Positions 48,327-58,723 of a stretch of 64,000 nucleotides of DNA are shown here, piece after piece. Numbering within the stretch: position 1 is the first letter of the stretch; each line of letters begins with the position of its first letter. A program made the translations under genes and the position numbers. Location: contig CAVUMN010000003.1 of the NCBI GenBank assembly GCA_963742735.1, positions 864,001-928,000 of the forward strand. The letters are read 5' to 3'. Under the pieces are notes generated by a model, which saw only the letters and a program-made list of their open reading frames with translations, was not told where the DNA came from and did no database searches. This DNA comes from an uncultured Actinomycetes bacterium (GTDB lineage: Bacteria > Actinomycetota > UBA4738 > JBBDTT01).

Positions 48327-48566
48327 CTACTGGCGGGGCCTGCGCTGCAGGCGCTCGGCCTCCGCGGTGGCCGTCTCCAGGCGCGTGCGGGCCGCTTCGG
48401 CTCCCTCCCGGATGTCGGCCATCACCGGCTCGACTTCCTGCCGGAAGGCTTGGAGCGAGCCGGCCAGCACGCGGACGTGGCGGGCGAGCCCCACGACCAT
48501 CACGACCAGGATGAGCGAGGAGACGCCGCTGATGATGAAGAAGACCGGAAGCGCGCTGGCGAGCAC
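48327..48566 (-). CDS. Small membrane protein
   Basis: One TM helix plus an amphipathic helix; TACCCT -10 lies 6 nt upstream. Confidence 0.6.
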   Translation of the reverse strand: MLASALPVFFIISGVSSLILVVMVVGLARHVRVLAGSLQAFRQEVEPVMADIREGAEAARTRLETATAEAERLQRRPRQ

Positions 48567-48588
48567 GCTCCAAGGGTACCCCAGGAGC

Positions 48589-48912
48589 TCAGGCGCCCTC
48601 CGCCAGCCGCTCCAGGAATCCGTCCGCGTGCAGCAGCTGCCGGAACGCGCGGATGTCCGCGGTTCCGAACGGCGGGAGGTCCTCGCATTCCGGGCGGATC
48701 GAGGGCTCGGCCGGCAGGCCGTCGCCCAGGTTCACCCCGGCCGAGAGCAGCAGCGCGACGACCTTGCGGTCCGCCCGCTTCAGCACGGTCGCCTCGCAGA
48801 TCGGGCACAGGAAGCGGTACGAGGACTCCTCGTCCCGGATCGCGAGGTAGATCTCCTCGGGGCCCAGGTCGACCTCGCCGCAGGTCGGGCACGTAGCGCG
48901 GATGCGTGTCAC
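48589..48912 (-). CDS. Small zinc-ribbon hypothetical protein
   Basis: CPTCG...CPIC pair. Confidence 0.7.
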   Translation of the reverse strand: MTRIRATCPTCGEVDLGPEEIYLAIRDEESSYRFLCPICEATVLKRADRKVVALLLSAGVNLGDGLPAEPSIRPECEDLPPFGTADIRAFRQLLHADGFLERLAEGA

Positions 48913-48953
48913 GCACTCTCTATCGGCCGCACGCCCGCGAGGGTTGAGCGAAG

Positions 48954-49916
48954 CTAGCGATAGGCGGCGAGGGTCTCCTCGGCCAGCCGCGTCGCGAGCT
49001 CGCGGAGCTCGGGCGGCTCGACGACCTCGGCCTCGCCCCCCAGACGCAGCAGGAGCTTGGCCACCCAGGCCAGGTCCTTGGTGGGGAGCACGACCTCGGT
49101 CGAGCCCGTGCCCGTGTCCGTCGCCGACTCGACCTCGTAGTACTCGGTCACCCACCGGGCGCCGGGCGAGAGCCGCAGCACGACCCGGACGTCCTCCTCG
49201 GACCGCGAGTACAGGGGCCGGCCCGCGCCCGCCAGGCCTCGCGGCTCGAAGGTCTCCCCCGTCGCCTCGGCGCTGCGGATCCGGTCCGCGCGGAACATCC
49301 GCTCGCCGTCGGCGCCGGCGTCCCAGGCCACGACGTACCAGTGCCCGACCGCCGCGAACACGTGCTCGGGCTCGATCGGGCGCTCGCCGACCTCGTCGCG
49401 GTTCGCGCTGTAGTACTCGATGCGCAGGCGCTCGTGGCGTTCGGCGGCGCGTCGCACCGTGGCCAGGACGCCGGGGGCGGGCCGGTCGGGGGTCTCCTCG
49501 GCCACCTCCACGCGGCCGGCGAGCCCGCCCAGGGCCTCCTCGCCCAATCCCTCCTCGATCTTGCGCAGGGCCGAGGCGAGGGCGTCGGACTCGGGCAGCC
49601 CGGGGGTGCCCGCGAGCGAGGTCCCGCGCAGGTACAGCGACAGGGCCTCATCCCGCGACAGCCTGACCGGCCGGGAGAGCGCATCCGCCATCGAGATCCA
49701 CACCTTGCCGCCCTCGATGTCCACGTCGACCAGGTCGCCCGGGCCGTACGGCGGGAGCCCGGTCACGAACAGCAGGTTGAGGTCCTGGACCAGGTCGGCC
49801 TCGGGGACCTCGAACAGCTCGGCCAGCTCCGACAGGCGCGTGCCGGGGTGGCGAACGACGTACGGGATCACCCGGAGCATGCGGCGCAGGCGGACCTCGG
49901 TCCTAGAGGGCGGCAC
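48954..49916 (-). CDS. pafC: WYL-domain transcription factor PafC
   Basis: GLPPYGPGDL, WYV..FRADRI; follows pafB. Confidence 0.88.
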   Translation of the reverse strand: MPPSRTEVRLRRMLRVIPYVVRHPGTRLSELAELFEVPEADLVQDLNLLFVTGLPPYGPGDLVDVDIEGGKVWISMADALSRPVRLSRDEALSLYLRGTSLAGTPGLPESDALASALRKIEEGLGEEALGGLAGRVEVAEETPDRPAPGVLATVRRAAERHERLRIEYYSANRDEVGERPIEPEHVFAAVGHWYVVAWDAGADGERMFRADRIRSAEATGETFEPRGLAGAGRPLYSRSEEDVRVVLRLSPGARWVTEYYEVESATDTGTGSTEVVLPTKDLAWVAKLLLRLGGEAEVVEPPELRELATRLAEETLAAYR

Positions 49917-50847
49917 GGGCCGCCTCCAGGTGGGCGACGAGGGCGTCGCGCAGCCCCTCCGGCTCCACGAGCCGCGCGTCGGGGCCGAACCCGGCCACCC
50001 ACCCGACGAACGCGGCGTCCGAGGCGACCGGGACCTCGGCCTCGACCCACCCGGGCTCGCCGGTGTCCAGCCGCCGCGCTCCCGGGACCGAGGACAGGGC
50101 CAGCCACGCCACACGCTCGCTGAACGCGACGCGCGCCGTCCCCCGCTCAGTTTCGCCGGGGGTCTGGACGTGCTCGGCCGCGCGGAAGCCCTCCGGCGCG
50201 GGGGCCCCCTCGCCGGCGTCGGCGGGGGCGGACGTCACCCGCGACAGGCGGAACGCGCGCACGGCATCCCGGTCGCGGTCGTGGCCGACGACGTACCAGG
50301 AGCCGGTCCGGTACACCAGGCCGTAGGGGTCGACGGTGCGCTGGTCCTCCTCCCCCGTCGCGCGGCGGTAGCCGAACCGGATGGCACGTCCCTCGAACAG
50401 CGCGCGGGCGATGGCGTCCAGGTGCGGCGCCTCGGTCTCGACCGCTCCCGGCTGCGGGCGCCCGGCCAGCCGGGTCAGCAGCGCGGCCTCCGCCCCCAGG
50501 AACAGCTTCTGGACCGCCGCCCCGGCGTCGGATTCCGCGCCGGAGGCGACCACGAACAGCGCGGCGAGTTCCTCGGCGGTGAACGTGAGCTCCGGCACGT
50601 AGTAGCGGTCCTTGGAGATCGCGTAGCCCTGCTCGACCTCCCACACGTCGGTGGCCTGGACCTCGAGGGGGACGCCGATGTCGCGGAGCAGGTCCTTGTC
50701 GCGCTCGAACATCCGCTTGGCCGAGGCGAGGTCTTCCTGCTGGTACGCCGGGATCAGCTCGCGGATCCGCTCGAAGGTGATCGCCGACGAGGACTCCAGG
50801 AGCAGGGTGAGGAGGTTCAGCAGGCGCTCGAGGGGCTGCATCGGCAC
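49903..50847 (-). CDS. pafB: WYL-domain transcription factor PafB
   Basis: ERLLNL, RMFERDKDLLR, WYVVGHD, FRLSR. Confidence 0.9.
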   Translation of the reverse strand: MPMQPLERLLNLLTLLLESSSAITFERIRELIPAYQQEDLASAKRMFERDKDLLRDIGVPLEVQATDVWEVEQGYAISKDRYYVPELTFTAEELAALFVVASGAESDAGAAVQKLFLGAEAALLTRLAGRPQPGAVETEAPHLDAIARALFEGRAIRFGYRRATGEEDQRTVDPYGLVYRTGSWYVVGHDRDRDAVRAFRLSRVTSAPADAGEGAPAPEGFRAAEHVQTPGETERGTARVAFSERVAWLALSSVPGARRLDTGEPGWVEAEVPVASDAAFVGWVAGFGPDARLVEPEGLRDALVAHLEAARAAL

Positions 50848-50874
50848 GGTGGCGATGATAGCTACCATGCCGGG

Positions 50875-51981
50875 GTGATCCGCATCCGAACCGGCGTGGT
50901 GACGGCGATCCTGGCCGAGCGGCCCGGGATCCAGGAGCTCACCGTGCGGGTGGACGGCGTGGACGCCCGGGCCGTGAACTACCCGGGCGCGACCGGCGCC
51001 GTCGCGCCGGGCGAGCGCGTCATCCTCAACACCACCGCCGTCGAGCTCGGCCTGGGGACCGGGGGCGACCACTTCGTCATCGCCCGCGAGCCGCAGCCGG
51101 ACCTCGACGCCGCCGAGCCGGGGCACGTCATGAAGCTCCGGTACACGCCGTGGCAGGTGAAGGTCCAGGCCGCCGAGGAGCAGGCCAGCCCGCACCACGA
51201 CGCCCTGGCCGCCGCCCGTTCGCTGGACGGCCTCCCGGTGGTGTGGGTGCCGTTGCACTCGATGCTCGGACCGGCGGCGGCGGGCGCTCGGGCGGCCGGG
51301 GCGTCCACGATCGTCCACGTCATGACCGACGGGGCGGCGCTGCCCGCCGCCTACTCCCGCCAGCTCCCGGTGCTGCGCCAGGCGGGGCTGGTCGACCGGG
51401 TCATCACGTGCGGCCACGCCTTCGGCGGCGACGTCGAGGCGGTCAACCTGTTCAGCGCGCTCCTGGTGGCGGCGGTGATCTCCCGTGCCGACGTGGCGAT
51501 CGTGTCGGACGGCCCCGGCAAGGTGGGCTCCGACACGGCGTTCGGCGCAACCGAGGTGGCCGGCGGGATGGCCCTCAACGCGGCACACGCCCTGGGCGGT
51601 CGCGCCGTGGCCGCGCTGCGCGTGAACTTCGCGGACTCGTCCTACCGGCACTACGGCCTGTCGCCGCACTCCGTGACGGTGCTCCGGACGGTCGCGCTCG
51701 CCTCCGTCCACGTCGCCGTCCCGGCGCTCGAGGGCGAACAACGCGAGCGGGTGTGGACCGCCCTGCGCGAGGCGGGCCTGGAGGAGCGGCACCAGCTCGT
51801 GGAGGTGTCGGGGCAACCGGCGCTCGACCTGATGGCCGAACGAGACGTCGCCGGGGAGACCATGGGCCGCCCGCTCGCCGAGGACCCTTCGTTCTTCCTG
51901 GCCGCCGGCGCCGCCGGCGTCCTGGCCGGGCGAATGGCGGCGGGCGACGCGAAGTGGAAGCCGGCCGGCCCGGGTCGTTGA
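50875..51981 (+). CDS. DUF3866-like protein
   Basis: LNTTAVELGLGTGG, GHVMKLRYTP, LHSML, MTDGAALP, AFGGD, HYGLSPHS. Confidence 0.8.
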   Translation: MIRIRTGVVTAILAERPGIQELTVRVDGVDARAVNYPGATGAVAPGERVILNTTAVELGLGTGGDHFVIAREPQPDLDAAEPGHVMKLRYTPWQVKVQAAEEQASPHHDALAAARSLDGLPVVWVPLHSMLGPAAAGARAAGASTIVHVMTDGAALPAAYSRQLPVLRQAGLVDRVITCGHAFGGDVEAVNLFSALLVAAVISRADVAIVSDGPGKVGSDTAFGATEVAGGMALNAAHALGGRAVAALRVNFADSSYRHYGLSPHSVTVLRTVALASVHVAVPALEGEQRERVWTALREAGLEERHQLVEVSGQPALDLMAERDVAGETMGRPLAEDPSFFLAAGAAGVLAGRMAAGDAKWKPAGPGR

Positions 51982-52069
51982 CCCGGGGAAGCGGAGCGAG
52001 CCTAGCCTCACCCCCCGCCCCTCCACGCGCCCCCTCCGTGGCCCCGCCCAGGGCCGAAGGGAGGTCGCC

Positions 52070-52780
52070 ATGTCGCCTCACCCCGTCCGTCCGGCGTTCC
52101 CGGGCCGTCGTCGTCGCCGTCGCTCTCGGGCTCGTGCTGCTGATCACCGTGGTCCCGGCCGGCGCCCACGTCACCGAGGACTTCAACCCCCTATGGCAGC
52201 AGCACATCCTGCCGAAGCTCCAGCCGGCCGGAACGATCAACCAGAGTGGCAACCCGGTGCACTGGACGAAGCTCAAGGGTGTGCCGGCGAGCCTGGCCGA
52301 CGGGGCCGACTACCCGAGCCTGCTCGGCATGGGGCTCGAGAAGTCGGCCTTCGGCCACGGGCTCAAGCTCGACTTCGAAGAGATCTCCCGGAACACGGGC
52401 CCGGCGGTGTTCGCGGGATTCAGGGATGACACGGGCGAGCTCTGCACCGCCACCATGTGCACCGAGGGCTACATGAACGTGCCCCCCGGCACGTACGCGA
52501 TCTTCACGAAGATCGAGCTCCACGGGAGCATCTTCGAGGACCCGACTCTGGACGCGGACTGTGAGCTCGACGTCGGGAACCGGGAGATCATCGACACGGC
52601 GAGCTTCTTCGGCGACGCGAACACGACCATCCCACTCATGGGCTGCGCGCCTTCGAGTCGCAGGGCTACATCGGCGTCAACTGTCGAGCGGCGGGGGTGG
52701 GAACGGGAGAGAACCTCAAGATCACCGCGATCAAGCTGGGCGACCTGGCGAACGGGGAGCTGCAGACCTTCGACACCTAG
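52070..52780 (+). CDS. Hypothetical secreted protein (apparent frameshifts near 52095 and 52645)
   Basis: SD GGAGG and ATG 52070; signal-like VVVAVALGLVLLITVVPAGA; beta-rich body. The C-terminus continues in another frame (ENLKITAIKLG..TFDT*). Confidence 0.55.
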
Positions 52781-52781
52781 G

Positions 52782-54140
52782 TCACATGTGGGCGATGAGC
52801 TGCTCCACGCGCTCGTCGCTCGAGCGGAAGGGGTCCTTGCACAGAACCGTGCGCTGGGCCTGATCGTTGAGCTTCAGGTGGACCCAGTCCACGGTGTAGT
52901 CGCGGCGCTTGGACTTGGCCTGGCGGATGAACTCGCCCCGCAGGCGGGCTCGCGTGGTCTGGGGTGGCTCGCGCATGGCCTTCGTGACGGCCTTGTCGGT
53001 GACAACGCGGTCCATCTTCCCGCGCCGCTCCATCAGGTAGTACAGGCCGCGGTTGCGGTTCACGTCGTGGTACGCCAGGTCGACGAGCGTGACCCGCGGG
53101 TGCGAGAGCGGCAGGGAGTGCTTCTCGCGATACGCCTCGATCAGCAGGTACTTCGCGACCCAGTCGACCTTGCGGGCCAGCCGCTCGGGCTTGGAGTCCG
53201 ACAGCGCGTCCAGCGCGCCGGTCCACTCCTCCAGGATCTTGGTCTGGAACTCGTCGGCGCCGCGCCGCTCGTAGAACCGCCGCGCCCGGTCCAGGTACTC
53301 GGTCTGGATCTCGATCGCCGAGAGCTCCCGGCCCGTGGCCAGGCGGACCTTCTTGCGGCAGGACATGTCGTGGCTGATCTCGCGGATCGCGCGGATCGGG
53401 TTCTCCAGGGTGAGGTCGCGCATGACCGTGTTCTCCTCGACCATCCGCAGGACCAGGTCGGTCACGCCGACCTTGAGCATGGTCGTGAACTCGCTCATGT
53501 TCGAGTCGCCCACGATCACGTGCAGGCGGCGGAACCGCTCGGCGTCGGCGTGGGGCTCGTCGCGCGTGTTGATGATCGGCCGCGAGCGCGTGGTGGCCGA
53601 GGAGACGCCCTCCCAGATGTGCTCCGCGCGCTGGGACAGGCAGTACTGGGCGCCGCGGGGACCGTGGAGGACCTTCCCGGCGCCGGCGTAGATCTGCCGC
53701 GTGACGAAGAACGGGATCAGCACGTCGGCCATGCGGGCGAACTCTCCCTGCCGGGCCACCAGGTAGTTCTCGTGGCACCCGTAGGAGTTGCCGGCCGAGT
53801 CCGTGTTGTTCTTGAACAGGTAGACGTCGCCGGAGATGCCCTCCTCGTGCAGCCGGAGCTCGGCCGCGGACAGCAGGGCCTCGAGGATCCGCTCTCCCGC
53901 CTTGTCGTGGGCGACGAGCTCGGTCACCGCGTCGCACTCCGGCGTCGCGTACTCGGGATGGGAACCGACGTCCAGATACAGCCGGGCGCCGTTCTCCAGG
54001 AAGACGTTCGACGAGCGCCCCCAGTGGACGACCCGGCGGAACAGGTAGCGGGCGACCTCGTCGGGCGACAGGCGGCGCTGCCCGCGGAACGTGCACGTGA
54101 CCCCGTACTCGTTCTCCAGCCCGAAGATTCGCCGTTCCAC
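52782..54140 (-). CDS. pafA: Pup-protein ligase
   Basis: [51 protein letters not shown]. Confidence 0.96.
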   Translation of the reverse strand: MERRIFGLENEYGVTCTFRGQRRLSPDEVARYLFRRVVHWGRSSNVFLENGARLYLDVGSHPEYATPECDAVTELVAHDKAGERILEALLSAAELRLHEEGISGDVYLFKNNTDSAGNSYGCHENYLVARQGEFARMADVLIPFFVTRQIYAGAGKVLHGPRGAQYCLSQRAEHIWEGVSSATTRSRPIINTRDEPHADAERFRRLHVIVGDSNMSEFTTMLKVGVTDLVLRMVEENTVMRDLTLENPIRAIREISHDMSCRKKVRLATGRELSAIEIQTEYLDRARRFYERRGADEFQTKILEEWTGALDALSDSKPERLARKVDWVAKYLLIEAYREKHSLPLSHPRVTLVDLAYHDVNRNRGLYYLMERRGKMDRVVTDKAVTKAMREPPQTTRARLRGEFIRQAKSKRRDYTVDWVHLKLNDQAQRTVLCKDPFRSSDERVEQLIAHM

Positions 54141-54175
54141 GGGACCAGTGTAGGTGTCGCGGGTGACGGGACTGC

Positions 54176-55447
54176 TCAGACCCCGCAGCCCTTCTCGTTC
54201 AGCACGAGGGTGACGGTCATCCCGGCGCGGTCCAGGTCCAGGCAGTGGGTCCCGGCGACGCGGCGGTCGCCCTCCATGCGCACGGGTCCGAAGTGATCGC
54301 CGAACCAGCCCAGCACCGCCGCGTCGAACTCGCCGGCGTCGGTCGCGGTGTCCCACCGGCTGGCCAGGGCCACATTGAGGCCGTGGTCGTCGGCCCATGC
54401 CGTGTACACCGCGCCGTCCCATCCGTCGACCGCCTCCGCGCCGCCGCCCAGTCCGGGCAGCAGCGCGCCGGCCCCGCCCGAGAGCCACGCCCGCAGAAAG
54501 AGCTCGCCGAGCTGGCCCGAGACCACGCGAGTCGCCCCCTCCGACAGCGCCGGCGGCGGCTCGAGATCCTCACCGATCTCCCCGGCCAGGTACTTGTCCG
54601 GGTGCAGCACCTGCTCAGTGGTCACGGGCGGGTCCGCGTAGGCGTCGTTCACCGCGTCCCAGCCGCCCTCGTCGTACAGGATCTGCACGAAGGCCAGCCC
54701 GTCGACGTAGGGGGCGATCTGGATCTCGGTGATGACCGGCGACAACCCCGGTCCGGTGGCCGTGGCCCCGACCGCATCGGGGATGCTCTCCAGGGCCGCG
54801 CTGAACTGGTCGCCGAAGGAAAGGTGCTCGGCGCTCCACCGCTGCATCATCAGCGTGGCGTCACCCTCGACCAGTCCCAGCCGGGCGCTGAGCTCGTCCG
54901 AGGGCTCGTCCCCGGAGACGACAGCGTCCAGGTCGAAGTGCTGATCGGTGATCCCGTGGGTGAGCTCGTGGACCAGCGTCATCTTGGCGAGCGGCGTGAG
55001 ATCGGCCCCGGCCCGCGACTCGATGACCAGCCGCCCCGTCGCGGGGTCGTAGAAGCCGATCACCGCCGCCGCGCTCGACTCCTCCAGCTCCTCGCGCAGG
55101 TCGGTGCCCTCGGCCAGGATGTCCAACGCCATCAGCAGCGTCTCGTCGGGCAGCCCGGTTGACTCCGTCTTCTGGGCCTCCTCGCGGACGGCCGCCGCCA
55201 GCTCCGCGTCCGAGAGGTACTCCGGCTCGATGGGGTCCAGGATCGGCAGCTCTCGCAGGAGCGCCGTCTGCCGGAAGATGTCGTCCAGGCCGGTGCCCTC
55301 GGGCGCCGAGCGGTCCCGGCTCTTCGAGCCCACCAGGAACAGGCCGGCGATGACCAGGACGGCCACGGTGAGGGCCAGGACGGTCCGTCCGCGATGCGAA
55401 GGCCTGCCCGTCGCCTCGGCGGCGGGCGGGGGGCTCGGCGCCTCCAC
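54176..55447 (-). CDS. Membrane-anchored putative zincin metallopeptidase
   Basis: TM helix, GFYDP, HELTH (HExxH), [17 protein letters not shown]. Confidence 0.7.
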   Translation of the reverse strand: MEAPSPPPAAEATGRPSHRGRTVLALTVAVLVIAGLFLVGSKSRDRSAPEGTGLDDIFRQTALLRELPILDPIEPEYLSDAELAAAVREEAQKTESTGLPDETLLMALDILAEGTDLREELEESSAAAVIGFYDPATGRLVIESRAGADLTPLAKMTLVHELTHGITDQHFDLDAVVSGDEPSDELSARLGLVEGDATLMMQRWSAEHLSFGDQFSAALESIPDAVGATATGPGLSPVITEIQIAPYVDGLAFVQILYDEGGWDAVNDAYADPPVTTEQVLHPDKYLAGEIGEDLEPPPALSEGATRVVSGQLGELFLRAWLSGGAGALLPGLGGGAEAVDGWDGAVYTAWADDHGLNVALASRWDTATDAGEFDAAVLGWFGDHFGPVRMEGDRRVAGTHCLDLDRAGMTVTLVLNEKGCGV

Positions 55448-55449
55448 GC

Positions 55450-56139
55450 TCAGGCCGACGCGGGAGCCAGCTGGGCGATCTCCTCGTCCGAGAGCCTGCG
55501 GAACTTCCGGCGGGCGCGGGTGCGGTCCAGGACGGCGGCCTCCAAATGCTCCGGCTCCACGGTGCGCTCCTCGACCGTGGACAGCGCCTCGACCCCGAGC
55601 CGGAGACCGTCCGCCAGGGACAGGTCGGCGGCGTATCGGTCCTTCAGGAACGTGGTGAGCTCCTCGGTCCGGCCGCCCATGGCCACGAAGCCGGTCTCGT
55701 CGCCCACCGAGCCGTCGAACAGGATGTGGAACAGCTCGTTCGCCTCGGAGGTCTCCCCCACCTCGGCGACCAGGATCTCCACCTCGTACGGCTTCATCTG
55801 CTGCGTGAAGATCGCCGACAGTGCCTGGGAGTAGGCGTTCGCGAGGGTCTTGGCGGTGACGTCCTCGCGGCCGTAGGAGTAGCCGCGCACGTCGGCCAGC
55901 TGGATGCCGGCGATGCGCAGGCTGTCGAACTCGCTGTACTTGCCGACGCCGGCGAAGGCCAGCCGGTCGTAGAGCTCGCTGATCTTGTGCAGCGTCGCGC
56001 TGGGGTTCTCGGCGATGAACAGGATCCCGTCGGCGTACTCCATCGCCAGGACCGACTTGCCGCGCGAGATGCCCTTGCGGGCGTACTCGGAGCGATCCTT
56101 CATGAGCTGCTCGGGCGGGACGTACGGCTGGAACGACAT
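55450..56139 (-). CDS. prcA: 20S proteasome alpha subunit
   Basis: PYVPPEQLMKDRSEYARKGISRG, KISELYDR, KPYEVE. Confidence 0.95.
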   Translation of the reverse strand: MSFQPYVPPEQLMKDRSEYARKGISRGKSVLAMEYADGILFIAENPSATLHKISELYDRLAFAGVGKYSEFDSLRIAGIQLADVRGYSYGREDVTAKTLANAYSQALSAIFTQQMKPYEVEILVAEVGETSEANELFHILFDGSVGDETGFVAMGGRTEELTTFLKDRYAADLSLADGLRLGVEALSTVEERTVEPEHLEAAVLDRTRARRKFRRLSDEEIAQLAPASA

Positions 56140-56951
56140 CAGTCCCGGGCTCCCTGCTCCGCGCGGTCGGCCACGATGGCGTCGAAGGCCGCCCGCATGT
56201 CCTCCTTGGCGATGTCGGTGACACCCTCGGCGGTCACCGTCACGATCTTCGGGAAGATGTCGCGGATCGGATCCGGCCCTCCTGTCGCGACGTCCTCCTG
56301 CGATGCGTCGTACAGCGCCTCGACCGCGACGCGAACCGCGTCGCCGGACGTCATCGAGGGACGCCACCGCTTCTTCATGGTCGACTTCGCGTGCTGTCCG
56401 CCCGAGCCCGTGGCGTGGTAGTCGAACTCTTCCCACCGGCCACCGGTGACGTCGTAGCGAAACAGGCGGCCCGTCGCGCGCCGCACGTCGAAGCCCCCGA
56501 ACAGCGGAACGACCACGAGCCCCTGCAGCGCGTAGCCGAAGTTCTGCCGGATCATCATGGCCAAACGGTTGGCCTTGCCCTCCAGGGAGAGCCGGTCGCC
56601 CTCGACCTTCTCGTAGTGCTCGAGCTCGGTCTGGAAGAGGCGCACGATCTCGACGGCCTGGCCGGCCGTCCCGGCGATCGCGATCGCGGAATGCTCGTCG
56701 GCGGGAAAAACCTTCTCGATGCGCTCGTCGGCGATCGAGTACCCCTCGGTCGCCCGGCGGTCGCCCGCCATGATGATCCCGTCGGCATACCGCAGCCCGA
56801 GGATCGTCGTGGCCTGCGCCGACAGCGGTACGCCGGCGTCACCTCCGCCCTGGGGGGCGGGCGGCAGCTGTCCGGCGCCGCGCAGCACGTCGCTGAACGA
56901 GGGGTTCGCGCCGAGCGGGAAGCCGGTCGCGCCCGGAAGATCCAGGGTCAC
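56139..56951 (-). CDS. prcB: 20S proteasome beta subunit
   Basis: Propeptide then TTILGL, AGDRRAT, EHYEK, GSG. Confidence 0.95.
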   Translation of the reverse strand: MTLDLPGATGFPLGANPSFSDVLRGAGQLPPAPQGGGDAGVPLSAQATTILGLRYADGIIMAGDRRATEGYSIADERIEKVFPADEHSAIAIAGTAGQAVEIVRLFQTELEHYEKVEGDRLSLEGKANRLAMMIRQNFGYALQGLVVVPLFGGFDVRRATGRLFRYDVTGGRWEEFDYHATGSGGQHAKSTMKKRWRPSMTSGDAVRVAVEALYDASQEDVATGGPDPIRDIFPKIVTVTAEGVTDIAKEDMRAAFDAIVADRAEQGARD

Positions 56952-57145
56952 TCCCCGCCCTTCTGGACGTAGGACTTCACGAACTCCTCGGCGTTCTCCT
57001 CGAGGACCGAGTCGATCTCGTCGAGGATGTCGTCCATCTCGCCCTTGAGCTTCTCGCCCTTGGCGGTGGTCTCGACCTCTCCGGCGTCGGCGTCGCCGCC
57101 GTCGCCCTTCTTCTGCGGGCGCTTCTGCTCCTGCTCCTGGGGCAA
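56948..57145 (-). CDS. pup: Prokaryotic ubiquitin-like protein Pup (GGE type)
   Basis: TTG start with SD GGAGG; DDILDEIDSVLEENAEEFVKSYVQKGGE. Confidence 0.95.
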   Translation of the reverse strand: MPQEQEQKRPQKKGDGGDADAGEVETTAKGEKLKGEMDDILDEIDSVLEENAEEFVKSYVQKGGE

Positions 57146-57210
57146 GACATGCCTCCTCGCGCTCGGGGACTCGAACAGGAGGATACCGCCGCGGGCGAGT
57201 TGGGAGGGGC

Positions 57211-58695
57211 TCAGCCCTGCAGGGCGTCGACCAGGCTCGCGGCGTCCTCGCTGGCCTCGAGGAGCGCCTCGACGTGCTCGCGGGTGCCCCTCAGGGGCTC
57301 GCGCATCGGCACGCGCTGGAGGGTGTCGCGGCCGGTGTCGAAGATGATCGAGTCCCAGCTGGCCGCGACGATCGAGTCCGGGTAGCGGCGGATGCACTCC
57401 CCGCGGAAGTACGCGCGGGTGTCCTCGGGCGGCGTGCTCACGGCGGCGTCGACCTCGGCGTCGGCCACGAGACGCTCGATCTGGCCGGTCTTCACCAGGC
57501 GGTAGTACAGGCCCTTGTCGCGGCGCACGTCGTGGTACTGCAGGTCGATCAGGCGGAGCTTGGGGTCGTCCCACTTCAGCCCGTCCCGTTCGCGGAACGA
57601 CTGGATCAGCCGGTGCTTCGCCACCCAGTCGAGCTCGCGATGCAGCGACAGCGGGTCCTCCTCGAGCGCGGACAGGATCGCCTCCCACCGGGACAGGACC
57701 TCGCCGTTCTCGGGCGTCGGGTCGGACTCCTTCACGTAGGCCTTCGCGGCGTCCAGGTACTCCCACTGCAGCTCGATCGCCGTCAGCCGCCGGCCGTCCC
57801 GAAGGACGACGGCTGCCCGGCACGACGGATCCCACGAGATCTGGTGTAGCGCCGCGACGGGGTTCTCCAGGGCCAGATCGGGGACCGCGTCGTCCTCGAT
57901 CATCTTCAGGACGATCGCCGTGGTCCCGACCTTCAGGTACGTCGAGACCTCCGAGAGGTTGGCGTCGCCGGGGATGCAGTGCAGCCGCCGGTACTTCTCG
58001 GGGTCGGCGTGCGGCTCGTCGCGGGTGTTGATGATCGGGCGCTTCAACGTGGTCTCCAGGCCGACCTCGGCCTCGAAGAAGTCCGTTCGCTGGGAGATCT
58101 GGTACGGAACCCCCTCGCCGTCGGAGCGCGATCCCTCCGTCCCCACCTTGCCGGCGCCGGTGAACACCTGGCGGGAGACGAAGAAGGGCGTGAGCCCGGA
58201 CACGATGCGACCGAACGGGATCGTCCGGTCGACCAGATAGTTCTCGTGGGTGCCGTACGAGTTGCCCTTGCCGTCGGTGTTGTTCTTGTAGATGGCCAGG
58301 CGCGCGCCGGGAGGCAGGTACTCCTGGACCTGGCGCAGGGACTCCTCGAGGATCCGTTCTCCGGCCTTGTCCCAGATCACCAGCTCGCGCGGCGAGGCGC
58401 ACTCGGGCGTGGAGTACTCCGGGTGAGCGTGGTCCACGTAGTACCGCGCGCCGTTGGGAAGGATGACGTTGGCGAGCCCGAGATCCTCCTCCACGGGCTG
58501 GCGCTCCTGGACCGGCTCGAACCCGCGGGCATCGCGCAGCGGCGACTCCTGCTCGTAGTCCCACCGGATCCGCCGCAGGTAGCCGGCGTAGGTGTTGATC
58601 AGCAGGCTCGAGGACAGCACGGGGTTGAAGTCGCCGGCGCCCGGCGCGGAGATGCCGAACTCCGTCTCGATGCCCATCACCTTGGGAATCGCCAC
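57211..58695 (-). CDS. dop: Depupylase/deamidase Dop
   Basis: GIETEFG, WDYEQESPLRDARG, YVDHAHPEYS, SYGTHEN, ASWDS. Confidence 0.95.
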   Translation of the reverse strand: MAIPKVMGIETEFGISAPGAGDFNPVLSSSLLINTYAGYLRRIRWDYEQESPLRDARGFEPVQERQPVEEDLGLANVILPNGARYYVDHAHPEYSTPECASPRELVIWDKAGERILEESLRQVQEYLPPGARLAIYKNNTDGKGNSYGTHENYLVDRTIPFGRIVSGLTPFFVSRQVFTGAGKVGTEGSRSDGEGVPYQISQRTDFFEAEVGLETTLKRPIINTRDEPHADPEKYRRLHCIPGDANLSEVSTYLKVGTTAIVLKMIEDDAVPDLALENPVAALHQISWDPSCRAAVVLRDGRRLTAIELQWEYLDAAKAYVKESDPTPENGEVLSRWEAILSALEEDPLSLHRELDWVAKHRLIQSFRERDGLKWDDPKLRLIDLQYHDVRRDKGLYYRLVKTGQIERLVADAEVDAAVSTPPEDTRAYFRGECIRRYPDSIVAASWDSIIFDTGRDTLQRVPMREPLRGTREHVEALLEASEDAASLVDALQG

Positions 58696-58723
58696 GGGTT
58701 GAGCCTACCGCGAGGGCCAGGCG

